Position numbers and translations under genes: made by a program
Notes under the pieces: generated by a model
Told to the model about the DNA's origin: nothing
Database searches by the model: none
The model's input: only the letters and a program-made list of their open reading frames with translations
From: Octopus sinensis
Lineage: Eukaryota
DNA length: 29,181 bases
Assembly: GCF_006345805.1 (NCBI RefSeq)
Contig: NW_021833143.1
Coordinates: forward strand, 1 to 29,181
Direction: 5' to 3'
Part shown: positions 10,526 through 20,263 of the stretch, one piece after another
Numbering within the stretch: position 1 is the first letter of the stretch
Layout of the letters: each line of letters opens with the position of its first letter

Positions 10526-11328
10526 ATCATCATTCATCATCTCATCATTTAGAGCGTCCGTTCTCCATGCTAGCATGGGTTGGACAGTTCAACTGGGGTC
10601 TGTGAAGCTGAAGGCTTCATCAAGCCCAGTCAGATCTGGCAGTGTTCTATGGCTGGATGCCCTTCCTAACGCCAACCACTCTGTGAGTGTAGTGGGTGCT
10701 TTTACGTGCCACCTGCACAGGTGCCAGACAGAGCTGGCAAACGGCCACGAACGGATGGTGCTTTTACGTGTCACCGGCACGGGGGCCAGGCGAGGCTGGC
10801 AACGGACACGAACGGATGGTGCTTTTACGTACCACCAACACGGGGGCCAGACAGAGCTGGCAACAGACACGAATGGATGGTGCTTTTACGTGCCACCAAC
10901 ACGGGGGCCAGACAGAGCTGGCAAACGGCCACGAAACGGATGGTGCTTTTACGTGTCACCGGCACGGGGACCAGGCGAGGCTGGCAACGGACATGAACGG
11001 ATGGTGCTTTTACATGCCACTGACACGGGGGCCAGAGAGGGCTGGCAAACGGCCACGAACGGATGGTGCTTTTACGTGTCACCTGCACGGGGGCCCTGAT
11101 GTTGATCGACCTCAATTTGGTTCTGCTTTCTGATATATGTATTGATTTGGTTTGATTTTGATTTTGACTGTTCTCACTGGTCTTGCCGGATTTTCTCACT
11201 CCACACAGCATACTTCCAAAGGTCTCGGTCTCTGGTCATTTCCTTGGTGAGACCTAAAGTTCTAAGGTCGTGCTTCACCACCTCGACCCAAGTTTTCCTG
11301 GGTCTACCTCTTCCACAGGTCCCTTCAA
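10526..11328 (-). mobile_element. RTE LINE 3' fragment with an expanded 61-63-bp tandem array
   Basis: (ATC)n tail at 10526 and a 3' UTR matching 8960-9130. The minus strand encodes GRGRPRKTWVEVVKHDLRTLGLTKEMTRDRDLWKYAV. Confidence 0.9.
10695..11095. repeat. Minisatellite: 6 full units plus 1 partial, 61-63 bp each
   Basis: GGTGCTTTTAC starts at 10695, 10757, 10818, 10879, 10942, 11003 and 11065. Confidence 0.95.
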
Positions 11329-11451
11329 TATATATATATTGATTATATTATATAATATATATATATATATATATATTGATAAAAATGGTAAGACAACAAA
11401 AGAATGAAAGAGACTTTGATATTATGTAAATAGAGGAATTTATCTGTAAAA

Positions 11452-11626
11452 GTAATATGTGACAATTATTCAGTAGCCATGATAAAACTCCGAGTTTCGG
11501 ATGCCAAGGTGGAAATAACATTTCTTCTTATGGCCAGATAACTGAAGAGATGGCGGCGTGGATTTCCACCTCGGCATCCGAAACTCAGAGTTTTATCATG
11601 GCTACCAAATAATTGTCACATATTAC
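11452..11626. repeat. PLE-like fold-back with 65-bp inverted arms
   Basis: 11452-11516 is the reverse complement of 11562-11626 with about 4 mismatches. Confidence 0.9.
11531..11604 (+). ncRNA. Type I hammerhead ribozyme motif
   Basis: 11-bp stem I TGGCCAGATAA/TTATC(A)TGGCTA; CTGAAGA at 11542; stem II GATG..GTGG-ATTT-CCAC..CATC with one extra C; GAAA at 11580; stem III ACT-CAG-AGT; GUU site at 11592. Confidence 0.72.
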
Positions 11627-11689
11627 ATTTACATATATATATATATATATTTATATAATCAAAATAAGCAACAAGGATATCCTGAGGTA

Positions 11690-11778
11690 ATGCAGTACAA
11701 TCGTTTCATGCAACTCTATTTATTTGAACAATGCAAACATTACATCAATTTAAAATGTAGAGCAATCTTCAGCTGCAC
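11690..11778 (-). ncRNA. Type I hammerhead ribozyme motif in a PLE-like fragment (~11655-11945)
   Basis: Minus strand: GTGCAG-CTGAAGA-TTGCTCTA...TAGAGTTGCAT-GAAA-C-GATT-GT-A-CTGCAT. 6-bp stem I; GUA cleavage between 11696 and 11695. Confidence 0.72.
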
Positions 11779-12041
11779 AAAAAACATTGAATTTAATTAA
11801 ATTAGGACACATTAGTATAATTTTACCCAAAATCTCCAAGAGGATAAGAAGATAGACAAAGAACATGTTTTACCAACATCACAGTTGTAACTGAAATTTT
11901 TCAAAAAAAGACTCTGCTTTTCCCAGATTATTTCTATTATTTAGATTTATTTAGATTTATATATATATATATATATGTAACAGTTTAGCTAGGTGTAAAA
12001 TACACCTCAGGGATATTAGGTATCCAAAGACTTTACCAGTT

Positions 12042-12515
12042 TATATTACCTATATCAATAACAATAACAACATTACTTTTATTGGTAAAATAATAAACAT
12101 ACAGCTTATTGATATATAAATATAAATCAGAAATGAAAAACAAACCAAGAAACTGAACAATTATATAATTCAATTAAATTTATTGGTTTGTATTTTCATT
12201 TCTGATTTATATATATAATATATATATTGTTATATTTTGGAATGGTCATTTTGTATGTCATCATCATCATCATCGTTTAATGTCCGTGATGATGATGATG
12301 ATGACATACAAAATGACCATTCCAAAATATAACAATAATATAGTATATATATATAATCAGAAATGAAAATACAAACCAATAAATTTAATTGAATTTTATA
12401 ATTGTTCATTTCTTGGTTTGTTTTTCATTTCTGATTTATATTTATATATCAATAAGCTGTATGTTTATTATTTTACCAATAAAAGTAATGTTGTTATTGT
12501 TAGTGATATAGGTAA

Positions 12516-12520
<5 letters not shown>
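12042..12520. repeat. Near-perfect ~480-bp palindrome with a 13-nt spacer
   Basis: Arms 12042-12274 and 12288-12520, spacer GTTTAATGTCCGT. Each arm also contains an internal inverted repeat. Confidence 0.92.
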
Positions 12521-12573
<53 letters not shown>

Positions 12574-12638
12574 ATATATATATATAATATATATTATATA
12601 TATACACAGATATATATATCTTTATATATATACATATG

Positions 12639-12681
<43 letters not shown>

Positions 12682-12827
12682 ATATATACATATACATATA
12701 TATACATATATCTACATATATATACATATATATACATATATATACATATATATACATACATATATATATATACATATATATATATACATATATAACATAC
12801 ATATATATATACATATATACAATACAT
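12520..12827. repeat. (TA)n/(TACA)n microsatellite
   Basis: Read directly. Confidence 0.95.
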
Positions 12828-13835
12828 ATCATCATCATCATCATCATCGTTTAACGTCCGTTCTCCATGCTAGCATGGGTTGGACGGTTCGACCGGGGAT
12901 CTGGGAAGCCAGAAGGCTGCACCAGGCTCCAGTCTTATCTGGCAATGTTTCTACAGCTGGATGCCCTTCTTAACGCCAACCACCCTCCGTGAGTGTAGTG
13001 GGTGCTTTTTACGTGCCACCTGCACAGGTGCCAGGCGAGGCTGGCAATGGCCACGGTCGGATTGGTGTATTTTACGTCCCACCGGCACGGAAGCCAGTCA
13101 AAGCGGCATCGGCCACGAGTCGGATAGTGCTTTTTACATACCACCAGACCAGGGATCCTGGCTGGTTCAATTTGATTTCGATTCGCTTGCCCCAACATGT
13201 CTTCGCAAGCATGGGTGCCTGTCGTCGGATGAGGTTCTATATCGACTTCGCTTGCCTCAACAGGTCTTTGTGTCCAAGGGAGGAAAGGCATGCATAAGTG
13301 GGCTGGACTCACTTGTCCTGCCTGGTCTTCTCACGTACAGCATATTTCCAAAGGTCTCAGTCGCTGTCATTTCCTCAGTGAGGCCTAAAGTTCGAAGGTT
13401 GTGCTTCACCACCTCGTCCCAGGTTTTCCTGGGTCTACCTCTTCCATGGGTTCCCTCAACTGCTAGGGATTGGCACTTTCTCATACACCTATCTTCATCC
13501 ATTCTCGCCACATGACCATACCAGCGCAATCGTCTCTCTTGCACACCACAACTAATGCCTCTTAGGTACAACATTTCTCTCAAGGTACTAACGCTCTGTC
13601 GAGTATGTACACTGACATTACACTCCATCGGAGCATACTGGCTTCATTCCTCCAAGCTTACGCATGTCTTCAGCAATCATGGCCCATGTTTCACTGCCAT
13701 TAGCATGGCTGTTCGAACACATGCATCATACAGTCTGCCTTTTACTCGAGCGAGAGGCCTTAGTCACCAGCAGAGGTAAGAGCTCCCTAAACTTTGCCCA
13801 GCTATGCTTATTCTTATTCTATCTTATTCTATTCT
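12828..13835 (-). mobile_element. RTE LINE 3' fragment (~1 kb)
   Basis: (ATC)n tail. The ORF at 13257-13628 gives RRLRWYGHVARMDEDRCMRKCQSLAVEGTHGRGRPRKTWDEVVK, homologous to 8411-8722. Confidence 0.92.
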
Positions 13836-13839
13836 AACT

Positions 13840-14510
13840 ACGCGTTTCGGGGTATTGCCCCTTTTCAATGCAGCGTAGCCAGACCAGTAGGTGTCGCTTC
13901 TGACAATCTCTGTTCAAAGGTTTTATTTACCTAGCTCGGTGAATACATCCACTGTTTTTCAATAATAGAAATATTAAAATTACTAAGTCTCTCTAAAAGA
14001 GAACAACGGCAGCGTTCCCGGAAAATAATAGGTTATATGGATACAGTTTGTGTATCAAATAGCTAACTTAAGGCGATGGCCTCATGGAGCTAATAAGCGG
14101 ACAGCTTTATTCTTATTTTTATAAGAATGCCATATTAGTATGGCGATAACTATTATTTTCCGGGAACGCTGCCGTTGTTCTCTTTTAGAGAGACTTAGTA
14201 ATTTTAATATTTCTATTATTGAAAACAAGTGGATGTATTCCACCGAAGCTAGGTAAATAAAACCTTTGAACAGAGATTGTCAGAAGCAACACCTACTGGT
14301 CTGGCTATGCTGCATTGAAAAGGGAATACCCCGAAACGCGTCTGTAGCTGTCAGCCAGTAGTGTGTGGAGCGACTGACCTCCCTTGTTCAAAGGTTATAT
14401 GGATACAGTTTGTGTATCAAATAGCTAACTTAAGGCGATGGCCTCATGGAGCTAATAAGCGGACAGCTTTATTCTTATTTTTATAAGAATGCCATATTAG
14501 TATGGCGATA
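13840..14510 (+). mobile_element. PLE- or retrozyme-like unit with layout A(inverted)-X-A'-Y-X
   Basis: 192-bp inverted arms at 13840-14031 and 14150-14341. The 118-bp X is identical at 14031-14148 and 14393-14510. A hammerhead sits at the end of A'. Confidence 0.75.
14309..14348 (+). ncRNA. Minimal type I hammerhead ribozyme, U3-A8 core variant
   Basis: GCTGCA-TTGAAAA-GGG-AATAC-CCC-GAAA-C-GC-GT-C-TGTAGC: 6-bp stem I, palindromic ACGCGT stem III, GUC site at 14342. Confidence 0.75.
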
Positions 14511-14519
14511 CTATATTAT

Positions 14520-14566
<47 letters not shown>

Positions 14567-14694
14567 TATATATATAGATACATATAATATTATACATATA
14601 TATATATATATATACATACCCACACACACACACACATATATATATAAATATACATACATACACAACACTATATATATATATATACATATACATA

Positions 14695-14725
<31 letters not shown>

Positions 14726-14864
14726 ATTATATATACCACATATATATATATATACATATAATATATACATATACATCTATATATATATATATATATATAT
14801 ATATGAATCTATATATACATATATATACATATATACATATATACATACATATATATATATATAT
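14511..14864. repeat. (TA)n/(TACA)n microsatellite
   Basis: Read directly. Confidence 0.95.
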
Positions 14865-15098
14865 ATCATCATCATCATAACGGCCGCCTTCATGCTAGCA
14901 TGGGTTGGACGGTTCACTGGGGTCTGGAGCCCGAAAGCTGCACCAGTCCAGTCAGATCTGGCAGTGTTTCTACAGCTGGATGCCCTTCCTAACGCAACCA
15001 CTCCGAAGTGTAGTGGTGATTTTATGTGCCACCGCACAGGTGCCAGACGAGGCTGGCAAACAGCCACGCTCGAATGGTGTTTTTTTATGTGCCACCAT
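14865..15098 (-). mobile_element. RTE 3' UTR fragment (SINE-sized)
   Basis: (ATC)n followed by CATGCTAGCATGGGTTGGACGG...CTACAGCTGGATGCCCTTCCTAACG. Confidence 0.88.
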
Positions 15099-15100
15099 AT

Positions 15101-15497
15101 AATAATAATCATAATAATATTAGGGAATAAATCCAACTTACAGGGAAAAATGAGATTTATGATTAAATCCAATTTTATAGTATAAATATATTATATATAT
15201 TATATTAAATTAGAGATAACCACCATTAGGCAAATCAAACAGTGAAAACATAAGCCATACATAAATTAATTTAAAATATAAAAGTTAAAAACAAAAAATT
15301 ATTTAAATATTTAAACTTATAAATTTTTATATATATATATACAAATATATATATATATGTATGTATGTATATTTTTATATTTATATATTATTTCATTAAT
15401 AATTAATTTATTTATTAATTTATTTATTTATTTAAAAAAAATTTTTTTTTAAATATTTTTTTTATATAAATCAAAAGTATTAAAAGTTAATAAAAGA
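15101..15497 (-). mobile_element. Second copy of the AT-rich PLE-like element at 9660-10490
   Basis: 15110-15235 matches 9660-9790 directly. 15200-15497 is the reverse complement of 10180-10480. Confidence 0.75.
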
Positions 15498-15610
15498 TAT
15501 ATATATACAACAAATATATACATATATGTATATATACACATATATTTACACATAAATATATACACACATATGTATATATATACATACCATACATATATAT
15601 AATATATATA

Positions 15611-15678
15611 TCAGTCAAACCGTCCAACCCATGCTAGCATGGAAAACGGACGTTAAAATGATGGGGAGGATGATGATA
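15611..15678 (+). mobile_element. Short RTE 3' tail
   Basis: AACCGTCCAACCCATGCTAGCATGGAAAACGGACGTTAAA followed by GAT repeats. Confidence 0.8.
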
Positions 15679-15729
15679 TATATATAATATATATAGATAT
15701 ATATATATATTATATATATAGGGCTAAGT

Positions 15730-16590
15730 AAGAAGTAAAATAAGTGAAAATGCCCATTGGAAATCAAAAAGAGTAAAGGCTTTTTATGAAAAGTAAAGAC
15801 AGATATATATAGTTAGATGAACTCAGGTAGGAATAAAAGTAATAAAAGTCATTATTGTGAATTGTTAAATTTAAAAGCATACCGGTTCGTAAATTTATTA
15901 ATCATTGCTTTGAATGCACACTGATTTCTGAATGGTGTCGGGTCTCTACTAGACCCTGGAGTTAAAAAGATTATGTGTAAGGGAGGTAAGTGGTTTCTGA
16001 ATTGGTGCAATTTAGGTAGATATAAAGCTGTAATGTGAATGTGTATGATGTATGGGGGTTATGGTTTAATTGAAAGGTTAGTAGTGTTCTGTATTGTGTT
16101 ATGTGTTCATATTGAGTTGTGGAGATATTTATTGATGGAAGTTGCCTCTTTATTCATTCTTTGTTTACTGAGGTTTCTGTGAACATGATATCCTAAGGTG
16201 TTGGTAATAATTATATTGGCCAAATAGGAATATCACTCCGTCGAAGAACCACTCTCCACAAAGAACAAATCTGCCACGCACAATACAGACAGATGCAGGT
16301 TAGTGAACTCATAGAAAGGTGTGCCAGGAATCTTAATCCTAATTTTCCCCTTCTATCAATGTTCACAGAATACCTCAGTACAGCAAAGAATGAATAAACA
16401 GGCAACTTTCATCAATAGATGTCTTCCACAACTCAATATGAACACAACATAATACAGAACACTACTAACCTTTCAATTAATACCACTAATCCCCATACAT
16501 CCCATACACCATTCACATTACAGATCTATATCTACCCTAATTGCACCAAATCCAGAACAACTTACCTCCCTTACACATAATCTTTTAACA
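15730..16590 (+). mobile_element. Penelope-like element 3' end with GIY-YIG endonuclease remnant and inverted 3' duplicate
   Basis: 16203 onward gives GNNYIGQIGISLRRRTTLHKEQI..VSELIERC, then after a frameshift PFYQC..QRMNKQATFINRCLPQLN*. 15961-16190 is the reverse complement of 16355-16590 (roughly 80% by eye). Confidence 0.85.
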
Positions 16591-16591
16591 T

Positions 16592-17373
16592 CATCTCCTT
16601 TGAAATAGTTACCTTGTGCAGCTATACACCGGTCCCAGCATTCCTGCCATTTTTGGAATCCAGCCTAGAAGTCATTTTCGGTAAGTGAATCAAGGATCTT
16701 CTGCAATTCGCTCTTGATCTTGACAACCTTTGAGTTACATTTTCATCTTGTGGAAGTCTGCAGGAGCTGAATCTGGCAAATAGGGCAGGTATGGAAGTGA
16801 TACCATGTTGTTTTTGGTGAGAAACTTATGAGTGAAGAGAACTTGTTGGCAAAGTGCATTGTCGTCATGAAGAATCCAATTCTTTGTGCTCCACAGATTT
16901 GGTCGCTTTCACAAAATGTCCTCCTCAAACACTTTAAAATGTCATTGATTGTTCTCCAATGATTCTCATTCACATGCTAATGAGTTTTCTCCACATTTCC
17001 AAGGGTGACACTTGTGGCAGGTCTTCCAGACCACTCATTGTCTTTCAGGGACGTTCTTTCACTTTTGAAGCACCCATACCACCCGAAACAATGCATACAA
17101 CCCATTGCCTCATCGCCGTAAACTTGCAGAAGCATGCTCAATGCCTCTGTAGCAGAATTCCCAAGTTTAACACAAAATTTCACATTGGCTCTTTACTCCT
17201 GTCCATGACAAAATCGAAGAATACAGTATACATGTGATCATTAAACACAGGGATGTCATTCAGTACTCTGCCTTGTGAAGGTCACTGCTAGCTCCCACTG
17301 TGCACACAACCATGTGCTACCATCTGTTGGCATGTTACAGAACTAGTCTGGGAACATTTTGATACCACCTTGT
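16592..17373 (-). mobile_element. Mariner transposon, internally deleted
   Basis: MKFCVKLGNSATEALSMLLQVYGDEAM..WSGRPATS; later WILHDDNA..LPYLPDSAPADF (YSPDLAP-like); 5' TIR-like end ACAAGGTGGTATCAAAATGTTCCCAGACTAG at 17373. Confidence 0.9.
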
Positions 17374-17384
17374 TCAACTAACAC

Positions 17385-17474
17385 CTGAGAGTTGTCTTTG
17401 TGAGAAGAGCAAAAGAATTCCTTCGGTCCTGCATCACTTTTTGTTCAGAGTGACTGCCCTTCTTGACAGGTGGT
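17385..17474 (-). CDS. Candidate 90-nt symmetric (phase 2-2) exon PPVKKGSHSEQKVMQDRRNSFALLTKTTL
   Basis: Acceptor cactttgcag|A, donor CAG|gtgtta. Unique island between transposons; only one frame is open. Confidence 0.3.
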
Positions 17475-17524
17475 CTGCAAAGTGACTGAGTCTGTGTGTC
17501 ATTTATGCATTCCATTGTAGTATG

Positions 17525-17900
17525 CAGGGCCAGATTAGGGCCCACAGACCCATAGGATCTTTAAAGATTTTAGTATCTCTATGTATATGTAATTCAAAAT
17601 ATAAACAATAATAAACCATAAAATAAATGTTTATTTTTCAAAATAAAACAAAATTAATGGTAAGATGGAAAATAATATATATTTTTGTAAATTTCCTATT
17701 ATTTATATTTGAAAAGTTTTCTGCTTTCTTTAATTGAAAAGCCTTTGATCATATCCTCAAAATTAATCTTATGTAATACATCTGCTTCTAAACTTAGTAG
17801 AGACTAGCTCATTGACCCAGCATTGCCCAGGTTACTGCTGTTCTTATTCAGATTAGTAAACAATAAATATAAAGATATATTTCCATAAGTATTTCAAAAT
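17525..17900 (-). mobile_element. hAT-type DNA transposon 3' end
   Basis: Terminal CAGGGCCAGATT..GGGCCC. The minus-strand peptide SLLSLEADVLHKINFEDMIKGFSIKESRK resembles a hAT C-terminal dimerisation region. Confidence 0.6.
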
Positions 17901-17963
17901 ATCTTTATTTTAATAAAAGATATACAAATTGTAATGATAATAGAATTTTAAACTGAAAATCTG

Positions 17964-19240
17964 TCAATGTTGAAGCACCTTGGAGTAAACAATATTCATT
18001 GAGTATTTTTTTATTGGTTTCAAAATGAATAAATTGTTGCTGCTTCAAGCAAGCAACATAGTGTTGGCCGTGGGAGAAGCATGTAGTAGAGAGATCAAGT
18101 GCAACTACCTCGAGGGATTGACCCCGAAATTTGTTAATTGAAATACCAAAATTGTGTCTTACCAAAAAGTGTCTAAAATTCAAATGCAACATCTGTAGGT
18201 ATGAGAGGAATATTTAGAATAAAGACATTTTCTCCTTTGTGACTACCTGTTATGATTGTTGCCTGTAGGACATGAGGTTTCATGGAAGTAACAATTAAGT
18301 GAGTTCCATTACACAGGCAAGGTGGGTCAAGATTCCTAAGCAACATAATGGGAGCACCCAGTTTTAGTGTCAAGTTACGCAGTGGCATCCCAGTGGGTTT
18401 AAGTGGGTTCAGAAATTCAACAGGGTATTACTGAACAACCTGATCTTGATTGACTGTTGTCAGTTGATCGAAAAGTCATTTCTGATGTGTCTGTTGACTT
18501 TTGAAGACGTTCATGATTGAGTTTATCAACCATTTCATTAGCTGGAGCCAGTATAGCTCTTTCACATACCCAGTTTACATCAGTGTAAATGACAGATGAA
18601 TTAGGAAATACTTTGAGGAGGGTAGCTGCCATACCAGAAGATGCAAGACTAGAAGAAGGTTAGATTTTATTTCCTCTCATTTAGGATTGCAGGTGAAAGT
18701 GACAAAAAGATATGGTTTTCCATTTGTCCTGACATATGTCATAACATCTTGTGTTCGTTTGTGTATATATCGAGGACCACCTGTGAATGATGATGGGAGG
18801 ATTACAAGTTGCCCCATGTTTTGAATATCACCATCTGTCCTCAGAGCATCTTGGAGATGACATAATTTTTAGCCCTTAACTTTTTTTGATTGTTGCAAAT
18901 GTAGAAGAGATGTTAACTTTCAATTTTAGAATAAATACTAACCAAATATTGCTGAAATAGATCAAGATATATGTGTAATTGATTTGATTGCTCTAGTCTT
19001 AACATCAGTCATTTGACGACATTTTTTTGTTTGTATTTAGCTCTTGTGTTACGGGTTCAATCTGTGGAATATTAAAATGATACCCATCTTGTCCATTCCA
19101 CAAAATAAGAGGATACTGGAGTGTATCATAAGAGGGATGAGTCTCTGAAACACGTTTAAGGTGGTTATCACGAACACAAATGAGAAAATCACGATTTTCA
19201 TGGGGATCACCTACCATAATGATGGCTATCTCATTAGATG
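17964..19240 (-). mobile_element. Helitron RepHel relic with large internal deletions
   Basis: RVSETHPSYDTLQYPL; LPSSFTGGPRY; FVTFTCNP (Rep motif 1); HLLVW; CERAILAP; [22 protein letters not shown]; SINKFRGQSL..FSHGQHYVA; NIVYSKVLQH*. Confidence 0.92.
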
Positions 19241-19459
19241 TGGGCTCATTAAAACAGTATAAAATATCTTTTACTATAGTTTACTATAGACATAATGAAT
19301 GCAGAAACACACACACACTCACAGACACATGCACACTCATACACATATGTGTAGATGTGTGTGTGTGTTTAATTGTCTGATGTCTAACATATAAATATTA
19401 TCACACACATAGTCGCATACACATACTGTCTGACATACACTCACATACATATACTAAAA

Positions 19460-20222
19460 CAGAAACATACATTCACGCACACCTCAGGAGTATCTCTGTC
19501 CCTCTGTGTGTCTCTATCTCTTTAGATGTGAGTGTGAGTGTGTGTCAGTTGTCACAAAAATGTATGTATATTCACACATATGTATATACACTTATATATA
19601 TATTCTTCTCAGACATCAGCCTATAGTATGTAACAAATACGCAAACACACAGACTCACAGACACATACATACTCATATAGAAAATGTGATGTTGTCATAG
19701 TCATTATCGTCATCATTGTCATGGTATAACATGTCGGTTACGATAGTTGACTAACAGAAGTATTGTAATGTTAAATTTTTGTAATGCAAATATGTAAATG
19801 AAAATAAAGTTACTTTGGTAGCCGAAAGATTACTGAATCTTCTGGTACCTCGTTTGTCACGTACATATTCTAAGACAGACACATAGAGGCATATGTTCAC
19901 ACATACCTCAGTCATATCTCTGTCCTTCTGTGTGTGTGTGTGTGTGTGTGTCTCTTTAGATGTGTGTGAGTATGTGTGTCAGTAGTCACAAAAATGTATG
20001 TATATTCACACCCACATACATTGTCACATACACTCATACACGCATACTTCTCAGTCAATGGCCTAAAGTACATAATGGACTTGCAAACACACACATACAC
20101 ACTCATGTAGAAAATGTGACATCGTGGTGGTGATGTTATAAAACATTGTTTACAATAGTTGACAGATAGAAAGACAATATGCTAAATTTTCATAGGCAAA
20201 TATGTAAATGAAAATAAAGTTC
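19460..20222. repeat. Diverged tandem duplication, period ~410-430 bp, CA/TG-rich
   Basis: GCAAATATGTAAATGAAAATAAAGTT at 19786 and 20196; GTCACAAAAATGTATGTATATTCACAC at ~19551 and ~19985. Confidence 0.85.
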
Positions 20223-20263
20223 CTGGTTCCTGTATATATATATATATATAATATGTATATTTT

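Noticed and set aside
10695-11095. CRISPR-like regular repeats
   Set aside because: Contiguous tandem units with no unique spacers, in a eukaryotic retroelement context with no cas genes.
11985-12015. GGTGTA-AAA-TACACC hairpin next to CTGA (hammerhead relic?)
   Set aside because: The core and GAAA/NUH elements cannot be assembled.
15935-15960. Hairpin GGGTCT-AGTAG-AGACCC followed by GACAC on the minus strand (hammerhead stem II relic?)
   Set aside because: No CUGANGA core and GAAA is mutated; too degenerate to call.
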